This document shows positions 17,190-25,791 of a stretch of 27,768 bases of DNA, piece after piece (position 1 is the stretch's first letter; every line of letters starts with the position of its first letter). A program made the position numbers and the translations under genes. The notes beneath the pieces were generated by a model. It did not search any database, was not told the origin of the DNA, and saw only the letters and a list, made by a program, of their open reading frames with translations. The stretch is from an uncultured bacterium (GTDB lineage: Bacteria; Zixibacteria; MSB-5A5; JAABVY01; JAHJOQ01), in contig CBDUQR010000037.1 in the NCBI GenBank assembly GCA_965369655.1, positions 1 to 27,768 on the forward strand, written 5' to 3'.

Positions 17190-20137
17190 GTGCAAACCTA
17201 AGCAAGACTGAACACGTTGCCCCGGGAAGCCTGGACCACATTGAGTTGCTGATTTCTGAACTCAGGATTGATGATGCGGCTCAGGAACTAGAGAATTACC
17301 GGTCAAGGCTGAAGGCAAACCCAAGCCCAATCGCACAGGGCTGGGAACGTTACCTCTCTGCCCGAATCTCTCTGTCCCGTGCCGACTACCGAACTGCTTT
17401 GGAACTGGCGAAAAAATCGTTTGATGCGCTGCGCACGACCACTGAGAACAGCAAGATCGGCAAGATTCTTCTTTTGCTTGCAAAGATATCTCTTGCACTC
17501 GGAGACATGGAAGAGACTGAGAGTTACACGCGTGACGCTCTGGCGGCATTTCGCAGGATCAGGGACAGGGCCGGTATTTTCAGTTGCTACAATAAGCTGG
17601 CCTATGTGCACTTCGTTCGTGGTAGCTACGGGAAGTCGGCCAAGTATCTCCGGCGGACCATCGACAGCCTGCGCGGCCATGCGGTCGAGAACGAAAAAGC
17701 AGCTATCTCGCTTGCGCGCTACTCTGCGAACCTGGCCAGAGTGTACATACTTACCGGCGATTGGGATAAGGCAGCAGAGTTGCTCGAAGCCTGCATCGAA
17801 AAAAACCACCAGTATGGAGTCAAGCGATCGCTGATTCTGAACTACCTCTCGCTCGGATACCTGTCGACTCTTAAACGCAGCCAGCGTCATGCCTGGTACT
17901 GTCTCGAAGAAGCCAGACATCTGATCGAAAAGGAACCTCAGTACCTGCGTGAAGCCGTGATCCTGAAAGAATACCTCGGCAAGTACTACACAGAGTTTGG
18001 TGAGTCAGAAAAGGCGGTGAAAGTTCTTTCCGCGGGAATGATCGAAGCCGACCAGATTGCTCCTGACAGCGCTCTTACATCTCAGCTCTGCAGGCTCAGA
18101 GCCGAAGCCTTTCTTTCATTGGGAGAATTCGAAGACGCCCTTGCGGATGCAGAGCGTTCATTGCTGGTTGCCGAAAAGCTGGGTGAAAAGGTCGAGATCG
18201 CCCATTCGCTGCGCCTCGCCGGTATCGCCAAGGTTCGCCTTGGCGAGAAGAAGTGCGGCGTGCGGTTCCTGCACAAGTCCGAGGAGGCTTTCAGCGGACT
18301 TGGTGACAAATATGAAAAGGCGAGAGCGCTTCTTGATTTCGCGACCGATGGGTTTGTTCACGACTCCGAATACGACTACCGTCGCGCCCAGGCACATATT
18401 GTGACTGCAAGGTTTACTTTCGAAGAGTTGGAGAGCAGGTACTATCTGGCTGAGACCTGGATGGTCGAGGCAGCTCTCCATGAGCGTTACGGGAAATATG
18501 ATCTTGCGCTGAGGGCGGTCGAGGAAGCCGAGGGTCTGTTCGGATCGCTCGGAGAGATCGACAGGACTCGTATGGTTCGGGCGATGCGGCAGGCGATGGA
18601 GTCCAAACTTGTCGACCATGCGCTGTCGCCTCAGAACGAGTTCCTGCTGTTCAAGGAGTATCTCAACGACAACGAGTATATGAATGTGCGGCAGGGTAGT
18701 CTTACTGCCAATCTCGATGTTCTCACGAGGAGAATCGGAGCTGACTGTGCGATTGTAGCGATCGGCAATTCGGCGGATAGCGGTTTCAAGGTTCTCGCAT
18801 CGGTAAGGCTTGAAGATGACCGAGCCAGGAGCGTACTGAGGCAGGTGCGACCTTCTAACATAAATGAACTCAATGGAAGACCCGTGTTTGCATCTGCGCC
18901 GGATTTTGCCGGTGCTAACGGGTTCTCGAATCTCATCGACCAATTCCCCGAAGCTACAAGTGTAATGCTTCTTTCGCTGAGAATATCGGATCGGGAGACA
19001 GGCATGCTGCTGCTCACGAGAGACGCCGCAAGTTTGGGTGGGAAGTTCTTCGGCCAGCGTGACCTGAACTTCGCCGTGGCGTTCTCCGATGTGATTGTAT
19101 TCAAGGCAATCGAACAAGAGCAACAGGAACTCGCAGAAGACAATCGACGGCTCAGGCAGCAACTTGGCGAGAAGTGTGCATTCCCGAATATTGTCACGCG
19201 TGATGAAACGATACTACGCTTACTCGACAGGGTCGTGCAAGTGAAGGACTCACCAATATCCATCCTGATCGAAGGCGAGACCGGCAGTGGCAAGGATCTG
19301 ATTGCCAGCGCGTTACACTACAATTCGATCAGAGCGGGCAAGCGTTTTATCAGTGTCAACTGTGCGGCGCTTCCTGAGACATTGCTCGAGAGCGAACTGT
19401 TCGGATACAAGCGTGGAGCTTTCACCGGTGCGGATCGTGACAAAGCCGGACTGTTCGAGGAGGCCGACGGCGGGACTTTTTTCCTCGACGAAATCGGTGA
19501 GATGCCGTTGTCTATCCAGGTGAAGCTGCTGAGGGTTCTCGAAGACCAGGAGGTGGTCAGGCTCGGCGAGACCAGCGGGCGGAAAGTTGATGTTCGTGTC
19601 TTGTCGGCTACTAACAGGGATTTGAAAGTCGCGATGGCCGAAGGGGTGTTTCGGCAGGATCTCTACTATCGCCTCTCCGCGCTGACGCTGAAAATACCAC
19701 CGCTCCGTGACAGGCGTTCTGATATCCCATTGCTGATCGATCACTTCATGGAGAAGAGCGAGCGACAGATCAGGTTTGATCCGGAGGCGGCTCGGAAGCT
19801 GATAGAATATTCATGGCCCGGAAATGTTCGTGAACTAGAGAACGAAATCAGGAAACTCGTACTTCTGTGCGATTCGAGCGGCGTCGTCGACACAGACCTT
19901 CTTTCGAGGAAGTTCACTCGGGACCAGTCTGCGAGTGAAGCGCCGGATATCCCCGAACTCGACATATCGGCCAACGGATTCTCGCTCTATTCATACATTG
20001 AGGAATTCGAGAAGAAGTACCTGACCAAGGCTCTCAGTCAACACAACTGGGTCAAAAAGCATGCCGCAGCCGCGCTCAAGATTCCTGAATCGACTCTGCG
20101 CCTTAAGATCAAACAGTACGGTATCCAGAAGCCGTAG
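17186..20137 (+). CDS. sigma54-dependent transcriptional activator with a long TPR array, GAF-like domain, AAA+ and Fis-type HTH
   Basis: About 480 aa of TPR-like helical repeats, then GETGSGKD (Walker A), VNCAAL, ESELFG, GAFTGA (19415-19432), FLDEIGE, FRQDLYYRL, WPGNVREL and a C-terminal HTH. Confidence 0.93.
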   Translation: MSANLSKTEHVAPGSLDHIELLISELRIDDAAQELENYRSRLKANPSPIAQGWERYLSARISLSRADYRTALELAKKSFDALRTTTENSKIGKILLLLAKISLALGDMEETESYTRDALAAFRRIRDRAGIFSCYNKLAYVHFVRGSYGKSAKYLRRTIDSLRGHAVENEKAAISLARYSANLARVYILTGDWDKAAELLEACIEKNHQYGVKRSLILNYLSLGYLSTLKRSQRHAWYCLEEARHLIEKEPQYLREAVILKEYLGKYYTEFGESEKAVKVLSAGMIEADQIAPDSALTSQLCRLRAEAFLSLGEFEDALADAERSLLVAEKLGEKVEIAHSLRLAGIAKVRLGEKKCGVRFLHKSEEAFSGLGDKYEKARALLDFATDGFVHDSEYDYRRAQAHIVTARFTFEELESRYYLAETWMVEAALHERYGKYDLALRAVEEAEGLFGSLGEIDRTRMVRAMRQAMESKLVDHALSPQNEFLLFKEYLNDNEYMNVRQGSLTANLDVLTRRIGADCAIVAIGNSADSGFKVLASVRLEDDRARSVLRQVRPSNINELNGRPVFASAPDFAGANGFSNLIDQFPEATSVMLLSLRISDRETGMLLLTRDAASLGGKFFGQRDLNFAVAFSDVIVFKAIEQEQQELAEDNRRLRQQLGEKCAFPNIVTRDETILRLLDRVVQVKDSPISILIEGETGSGKDLIASALHYNSIRAGKRFISVNCAALPETLLESELFGYKRGAFTGADRDKAGLFEEADGGTFFLDEIGEMPLSIQVKLLRVLEDQEVVRLGETSGRKVDVRVLSATNRDLKVAMAEGVFRQDLYYRLSALTLKIPPLRDRRSDIPLLIDHFMEKSERQIRFDPEAARKLIEYSWPGNVRELENEIRKLVLLCDSSGVVDTDLLSRKFTRDQSASEAPDIPELDISANGFSLYSYIEEFEKKYLTKALSQHNWVKKHAAAALKIPESTLRLKIKQYGIQKP

Positions 20138-20208
20138 CAATTCCCCTTATTCTCACAGACACTGTTCGACCGTTGATATTTCCGTGTCATTGGTGGATTC
20201 TGTATTCT

Positions 20209-20237
20209 TTGCTTCTGATGCATCCATTGTATATTAT
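20209..20237 (+). promoter_or_regulatory. Putative sigma70 promoter (leaderless transcript)
   Basis: TTGCTT-17 bp-TATTAT-7 nt-ATG20245. Confidence 0.5.
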
Positions 20238-20244
20238 TCGGAAC

Positions 20245-21096
20245 ATGCGTACCGAATCGACAGACCCTCCTGCAGATAATCTCAGGCCGCTCGTAATCAC
20301 GGACGAGCGTTCCGATGGGTCCGCTGCCTATAATATGGCGCTGGATGAGTTGCTGCTCGATTCAGATCTGGCGTCTGGTCGTCTCGTCTGCAGGCTCTAC
20401 GGATGGCGCCCGGCTGCGGTTTCGATCGGTCGAAATCAGAAAGTTGCTGAATCTGTCAATATGGATGTTCTTCGGGAGGCGGATATCTCTCTTGTCAGGC
20501 GGCCTACAGGTGGGCGCGCGATTTGGCATGGCGGAGATGTCTGTTTTACATTCAGCGGACTCACACTCGGATCGGGTCAGGAAGTCTCGGCGTTCAAGAG
20601 CGATTACATGCGCGCGGCCTCGGCAATTGTTCGGATGCTCAGGTTTCTCGGAATTCAGGCGAACATCTCTGCCGGACGACCGATCGGCCAAGTTCCTGGA
20701 GGGGTCAAAAGCCCCTGCTTCCAGAGCTCAGGCAGATTCGAGATTACCGCAGGCGGCAGGAAAATGGTTGGAATCGCACAGTACCGGTTGGGTGATCGAT
20801 TCCTGATTCAGGGATCGATCAGGCGTTCAGCAATCGATGAGATGTATCGGAAGCTTTTCTTCGCGCCGGGCGATGTCGGGGACGCGGCGTATGATCAGTT
20901 GCGAAATACAGTGACGTCTATCGAGGAGATCATGAGGCGAAAGGTCGAATTCGGTGAGTTGCTCAAAGCATTCGTGTACAGCATCGAAGCACGGCTGTCA
21001 AACCGGATCGAATGGGCAGCTCATGTCGATAGGGCAACAATAGATAATATGAAAAATGAGAAATTCGACAACCGGGAATGGAACTACAGGTTTTGA
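20245..21096 (+). CDS. Lipoate-protein ligase family protein, LipM-like octanoyltransferase
   Basis: Motifs NMALDE, RLYGW, SIGRNQ, RRPTGGRAIWH, PCF, GRKMVGIAQ and QGSI. There is no LplA C-terminal domain. Confidence 0.88.
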   Translation: MRTESTDPPADNLRPLVITDERSDGSAAYNMALDELLLDSDLASGRLVCRLYGWRPAAVSIGRNQKVAESVNMDVLREADISLVRRPTGGRAIWHGGDVCFTFSGLTLGSGQEVSAFKSDYMRAASAIVRMLRFLGIQANISAGRPIGQVPGGVKSPCFQSSGRFEITAGGRKMVGIAQYRLGDRFLIQGSIRRSAIDEMYRKLFFAPGDVGDAAYDQLRNTVTSIEEIMRRKVEFGELLKAFVYSIEARLSNRIEWAAHVDRATIDNMKNEKFDNREWNYRF

Positions 21097-21335
21097 ATTC
21101 AACGTTTTCCCCCCGAATCAGTCTTAGTATATGGCGGACAAGCGAAAAAGCCCAAAAAGGGCTTGACACAACGGAGGTCGATTATGCTAATTAGGGCCTT
21201 ATGTAACAAGCACGTACCAGCCAGGGAAATGGGTGCGTGTTGTGCTGAGTTTAGCTACTTATACGGGCTCTTGAGCGCCGAGTTTCGCAGTTTATGAAAT
21301 AATGTTGTTCGCAGTATAGGACAGGAGGAGTGCAT

Positions 21336-24300
21336 ATGTTTCGTACCAGAAGAATGGTTCTGGTTTCGTTGGCGACTCTCATGGTTCTCTCCATTTGCGG
21401 CGTGACACAGGCCGCCGTGACCGGAAAAATCCAGGGATATGTTGTTGATAAAAAAACCGGCGAGGCGCTGATGAGTGTGGCAGTTCAGATTGTGGGAACC
21501 ACACAGGGTGATCTGACCGGTTCTGATGGCGACTACCTGATCTTGAATGTTCCAGCCGGAATCTATTCAGTAAAGTTCAGACTTGTCGGTTACAAGACTG
21601 TTCAGGTGGACGAAGTTCAGGTGATTACCGGACGTACCACCGATGTGACGGTCCAGATGGAAACGACTTCTATTGAGTCGGATATCGTGATAAGGGTGCA
21701 AGCCGAGCGAGACATCATGGAGATGACTAAGCCGACGAGCAATGTGACTATTTCAAAAGAGCAGATGGCAGTGATGCCGGTTCAAAATGTGGATGAGATT
21801 CTGGCGACGTCGGTTGGCGTCGTGAGGGGCCGTGATGGCGAGCTCCACATTAGGGGCGGTCGAAGCGGCGAGGTCTCGTATGTTGTGGATGGCGTTGAGA
21901 CCAAAGACCCGCTCGGCGGTCTCGGGCCGACCACAGCTGGCATGAACCTTTCGTCGAATACGATCGAGGAAATCCAGATCATCAAGGGCGGGTACGATCC
22001 GGAATATGGTCGCGCGATGTCCGGCATTGTTTCGATCAATACCAGGACCGGCACACAGACGACCATAGGGGAAATAGAGTTCTACACCGACAATTTCCGT
22101 GCCCCGAATCTTAACAAGTACTCCAACAATTTCGACAGGGTTTCCTTCGCGCTTGGCGGTCCTGAACCGTTTGTGGCCGGCCGGATATTGCCTGCGCTTG
22201 GAGTCGACTATTTCAAGGACAAACTCCTGTACTTCTTCTCGATTGATACGTACAAGACTGATGGCGGCTACTCCTTCAAGGAGTACACTTCGCCCGACAG
22301 GCAGCGTGACTGGCTCCAGAGGAATGTGCTCGGTTTCGATCTTCGCGATCGCCAGTTGAACAGTTTCGCGCTAACGAGCAACCTGACTTACAGAGTAACG
22401 AACAATATCAGGATGGTGTTCCACTACCAGGGCATTTGGCAGGATGAGACTATATTCTGGTGGAGTTACCGTTACACTCCTGCTACGGCGCCGGTAGGCA
22501 ATGACGTCAATCACAGGTTGTCCATGGCGTTTACGCACCAGCTAAACAAGTCGACATTTTACGAATTCCTCGTTGCGCGAGTATACCACGAGTACGCCAG
22601 AAAGCCCGATGATCCAAACAATCCGGGCTACGGTCGTACAGCGAAGAGTTTCCGGTTTGAGGACGAGTATGAGAGTTACACTGACAGGAATGGCAATGGC
22701 GTCTATGATGAGCCAGAGCCGTTTATCAATGTGTACTACGATACGAGCCATACTCATGGCGGTTCGCAGTACAATTTTGGCGATGTGTTTGTGTACAACG
22801 ACGAAGAAGAGCCGTACCACCTGTACGATCCGTGGGGGATTGACGATGAAATCTACCGATTTGATCCTGGGATGTTGGAGGATGATTACGTCTATAGTTA
22901 CGTCGACACGATCCTATGGGATTGGAACGGAGACGGTCACATCGGCTATAGCGATGGCGAGCCGTTTGTAGACCTGAACAACAACGGCAGGTGGGATCGA
23001 GGAGATAAGGTCGACAATGATCAGAATGGGAATAACAGATTCGATCCCGAACTTTCCAAAGTTCTTGTGGACAATCTGGTTGAGCCTTATACCGATGGCG
23101 ACGTCAACCTTGGTGAACCGTTCGATGACCTGAACGGTAATGGTGTTTACGATGAAGGCATTGACCGCTGGATGGGGTCGTTTGATCCGACAAGAAACCA
23201 GGATCTGAATAACAACGGCAAGTATGATGGTCCGGATGATCCGTGGACACGCGGAATTCCTTACATTGACCTCAACGCCAACGGCATCTACGATCCGCCA
23301 AACAGGTATTACGATAAAGGCGAGCCTTTCGTTGACTTGAATGGCAACAACAAGTGGGACCAGCCTACTGCATTTCTGATCGGTGGCTACCACGAGGGAA
23401 TCACCGGACCGGGTGAAGAAGCCCCCCACTTCCATGAAAACAGTTCAGAAACCTGGACGTTTGATTTCAAGCTCACCAAGCAACTCGTTCGTGAACATGA
23501 GTTGAAGACAGGATTCCAGATATTGCTGCGGGATTTCGATTATTCGGAGATGTCGAACCCGTGGTTTCGCCGCACGGGCGAGGAAGCCCTGCCTGACGGA
23601 GGGCCGTATCCGGATCGGGGTGCGAGACGTGATTTTTACCATCACGATCCGATCGAGGGAGCGTTTTTCCTTCAGGATATCGTAGAATATGGTTCTCTCG
23701 TTGCAAGGCTCGGATTCAGGTATGATTTCTTCTTCCAATCCAATGCGGTCGACTCTCTGGTTCCACACTTCGTGGAATATGGTAAAGGTGCAGTAGTCGA
23801 CAGTCGCGGTAAGATATCGCCGAGACTCGGGATATCATATCCTATCAGTGAAAGAGCCAAGATATATTTCAACTATGGACATTTCTATCAGTTGCCTCCG
23901 TACACTCGTATGTATCGCAGGCTCGGCCAGGACCGTGGCACGATTGGGAACCCTAATTTGGATTACCAGAAGACCGTGCAGTACGAGTTCGGAGTGCGCT
24001 ACAACCTGTCCGGCGACTATGTGCTCGATATTGCAGGCTTCTATAAAGACATCTTCGGAATTGTCAACGGTCAGCTCCTCAGCAGCGAGGCTAAGGGCTT
24101 GTACGATTTCGAGAATAGCGACTATGGTCGCGCCAGGGGTTTTGAGATTCAGCTCGAGAAGAGATATGGTGATTTCGTGTCCGGTTCAGTCAACTACACT
24201 TATGCGTTCGCTTATGGCAAGGCCTCGTCCGATCTGTCGAATTTCGAGGATCTTGCAGCAAACAGGAAGACTCCGATCAAGGAGTTTCCACTGGACTGGG

Positions 24301-24758
24301 ATATTCGTCATCTTCTCAATGTGAATTTCAGCTTGAGGATATCCAGAGCTGATCATCCCAGGCTGTTTGGTTATTCGATTCCGAACGATTGGTGGATCAA
24401 TTTCACCTGGCAGTTGCATTCAGGTTATCCGTTCACACCGGGTGAAAACTATCCGAATATGGAGGAGGAGGGGGGCGGAGTTCCTCTGACCAACTCTCTC
24501 AGAAAACCAAGCTTCTCGAACGTGAATGCGAGGTTCAGCAAAAGCTTCTCGATGGTCGGGATCGATTACTCGTTCCAGCTCTGGATCGACAATATCTTCG
24601 ATACCAGGAATATCGAGGACTTGCATGAGGAGACCGGTCGACCCGACACGAAGTCAATCGTCGGTGGCGTGGTCATTGGCGGAACCGACTATGATCAGGT
24701 CCCCTGGTATTACAGCCCGGGGCGAAACGTGAAAATCGGATTGACAATGAATTTCTGA
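21336..24758 (+). CDS. TonB-dependent receptor with an N-terminal carboxypeptidase-regulatory-like domain and an inserted Asp/Asn-rich repeat region
   Basis: Signal peptide, TGKIQGYVVDKKTGEAL, plug motifs LHIRGGRSGEVSYVVDG and GGYDPEYGRAMSGIV, barrel motifs SPRLGISYP and GNPNL, and a terminal Phe. RBS AGGAGG. Confidence 0.92.
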   Translation: MFRTRRMVLVSLATLMVLSICGVTQAAVTGKIQGYVVDKKTGEALMSVAVQIVGTTQGDLTGSDGDYLILNVPAGIYSVKFRLVGYKTVQVDEVQVITGRTTDVTVQMETTSIESDIVIRVQAERDIMEMTKPTSNVTISKEQMAVMPVQNVDEILATSVGVVRGRDGELHIRGGRSGEVSYVVDGVETKDPLGGLGPTTAGMNLSSNTIEEIQIIKGGYDPEYGRAMSGIVSINTRTGTQTTIGEIEFYTDNFRAPNLNKYSNNFDRVSFALGGPEPFVAGRILPALGVDYFKDKLLYFFSIDTYKTDGGYSFKEYTSPDRQRDWLQRNVLGFDLRDRQLNSFALTSNLTYRVTNNIRMVFHYQGIWQDETIFWWSYRYTPATAPVGNDVNHRLSMAFTHQLNKSTFYEFLVARVYHEYARKPDDPNNPGYGRTAKSFRFEDEYESYTDRNGNGVYDEPEPFINVYYDTSHTHGGSQYNFGDVFVYNDEEEPYHLYDPWGIDDEIYRFDPGMLEDDYVYSYVDTILWDWNGDGHIGYSDGEPFVDLNNNGRWDRGDKVDNDQNGNNRFDPELSKVLVDNLVEPYTDGDVNLGEPFDDLNGNGVYDEGIDRWMGSFDPTRNQDLNNNGKYDGPDDPWTRGIPYIDLNANGIYDPPNRYYDKGEPFVDLNGNNKWDQPTAFLIGGYHEGITGPGEEAPHFHENSSETWTFDFKLTKQLVREHELKTGFQILLRDFDYSEMSNPWFRRTGEEALPDGGPYPDRGARRDFYHHDPIEGAFFLQDIVEYGSLVARLGFRYDFFFQSNAVDSLVPHFVEYGKGAVVDSRGKISPRLGISYPISERAKIYFNYGHFYQLPPYTRMYRRLGQDRGTIGNPNLDYQKTVQYEFGVRYNLSGDYVLDIAGFYKDIFGIVNGQLLSSEAKGLYDFENSDYGRARGFEIQLEKRYGDFVSGSVNYTYAFAYGKASSDLSNFEDLAANRKTPIKEFPLDWDIRHLLNVNFSLRISRADHPRLFGYSIPNDWWINFTWQLHSGYPFTPGENYPNMEEEGGGVPLTNSLRKPSFSNVNARFSKSFSMVGIDYSFQLWIDNIFDTRNIEDLHEETGRPDTKSIVGGVVIGGTDYDQVPWYYSPGRNVKIGLTMNF
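22675..23367 (+). repeat. Eight intragenic (E)PF-x-D-x-N-x-N-G-x-[YWF]-D protein repeats
   Basis: DRNGNGVYD, DWNGDGHIG, DLNNNGRWD, DQNGNNRFD, DLNGNGVYD, DLNNNGKYD, DLNANGIYD and DLNGNNKWD. Confidence 0.85.
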
Positions 24759-24804
24759 GTAAGAGTATAGATATTTACTGTTTACGACAGGCTTGGAGGT
24801 ATAT

Positions 24805-25734
24805 ATGAAATATCGTAGTTTGGTTCTTCTTCTTCTTCTTCTGTTGCCATCGGTTGCGCTCTGCCAGTCGAAAGTCGGCCAGGCCGGTGCACAGTTTCTC
24901 GAAATAGGCGTTTCTGCGAGAGCAGTAGCTCTCGGAAACGCTTTTACCGCTGTTTCGGACGATGCTACGGCGGTATTCTATAATCCTTCGGGTCTGACAC
25001 AGTTGGATCAGAAGGAGATTGTGCTGACTCATATCTCATACGTCGCGGACATCAATTACGAATTCGCGGTGATCGCGCTGCCGCTTTACAGTTTCGGAGG
25101 CACGCTTGCGTTTTCGTTCTATGCGCTCGATGCAGGCGATATGCTCGAGACGACATATCAGAACTCACTGGGCACGGAAGGCCGCACTTTCACAGCCCAG
25201 GACCATGCGTTGGGGGTCAGTTACGCCCGCAGTCTGACGGATCACTTCAGCGTTGGCGTTACATGGAAGTTCATCGAGGAGAGGTATGCGGAAGAGAGAT
25301 CGATGGGCTGGGCGGCGGATGTCGGCACCACGTTCGATACGGGTTATCGCGGTATTAAGATGTCTATGGTGATCTCGAATTTCGGTCCGGACATGAGATT
25401 CATTACCGAGGACTATCCTCTTCCGATCAACTTCAAGTTCGGCGGCACCTTGAATCTGTTGGAAGGAGCCGATCACCGTGCAACATTCTCCGCTGAGGGA
25501 TCTCACCCGTCGGACAACTATGAATCGTACAATCTGGGTATGGAGTACAGTTACTCCGAGAAATACGCCCTGAGAATCGGTCAGAAGTTCCAGGAAGATT
25601 CAGCCTCCGGTATCGCATTGGGAGCCGGGCTGAGGTTGCCCATTTCCGATTACAGTCTTGGGATCGACTACGGGTTTCATGACTTCGGATTGCTGAGGAA
25701 CATTCACATGTTCACCGTCTCGATGAGATTTTAG
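24805..25734 (+). CDS. PorV/PorQ-like (UPF0164, FadL-like) outer-membrane beta-barrel
   Basis: Signal peptide, GAQFLEIGVSARAVALGNAFTAVSDDATAVFYNPSGL, amphipathic strands and a terminal Phe. Confidence 0.85.
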   Translation: MKYRSLVLLLLLLLPSVALCQSKVGQAGAQFLEIGVSARAVALGNAFTAVSDDATAVFYNPSGLTQLDQKEIVLTHISYVADINYEFAVIALPLYSFGGTLAFSFYALDAGDMLETTYQNSLGTEGRTFTAQDHALGVSYARSLTDHFSVGVTWKFIEERYAEERSMGWAADVGTTFDTGYRGIKMSMVISNFGPDMRFITEDYPLPINFKFGGTLNLLEGADHRATFSAEGSHPSDNYESYNLGMEYSYSEKYALRIGQKFQEDSASGIALGAGLRLPISDYSLGIDYGFHDFGLLRNIHMFTVSMRF

Positions 25735-25791
25735 TGTGATCCGACATGTATGTGATACAGGTATGCTACGAGGTAAATTGCGGAGGTTTGT

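Noticed and set aside
24826-24843. (CTT)n microsatellite
   Set aside because: It encodes the Leu run of a signal peptide, and triplet slippage would not shift the frame.
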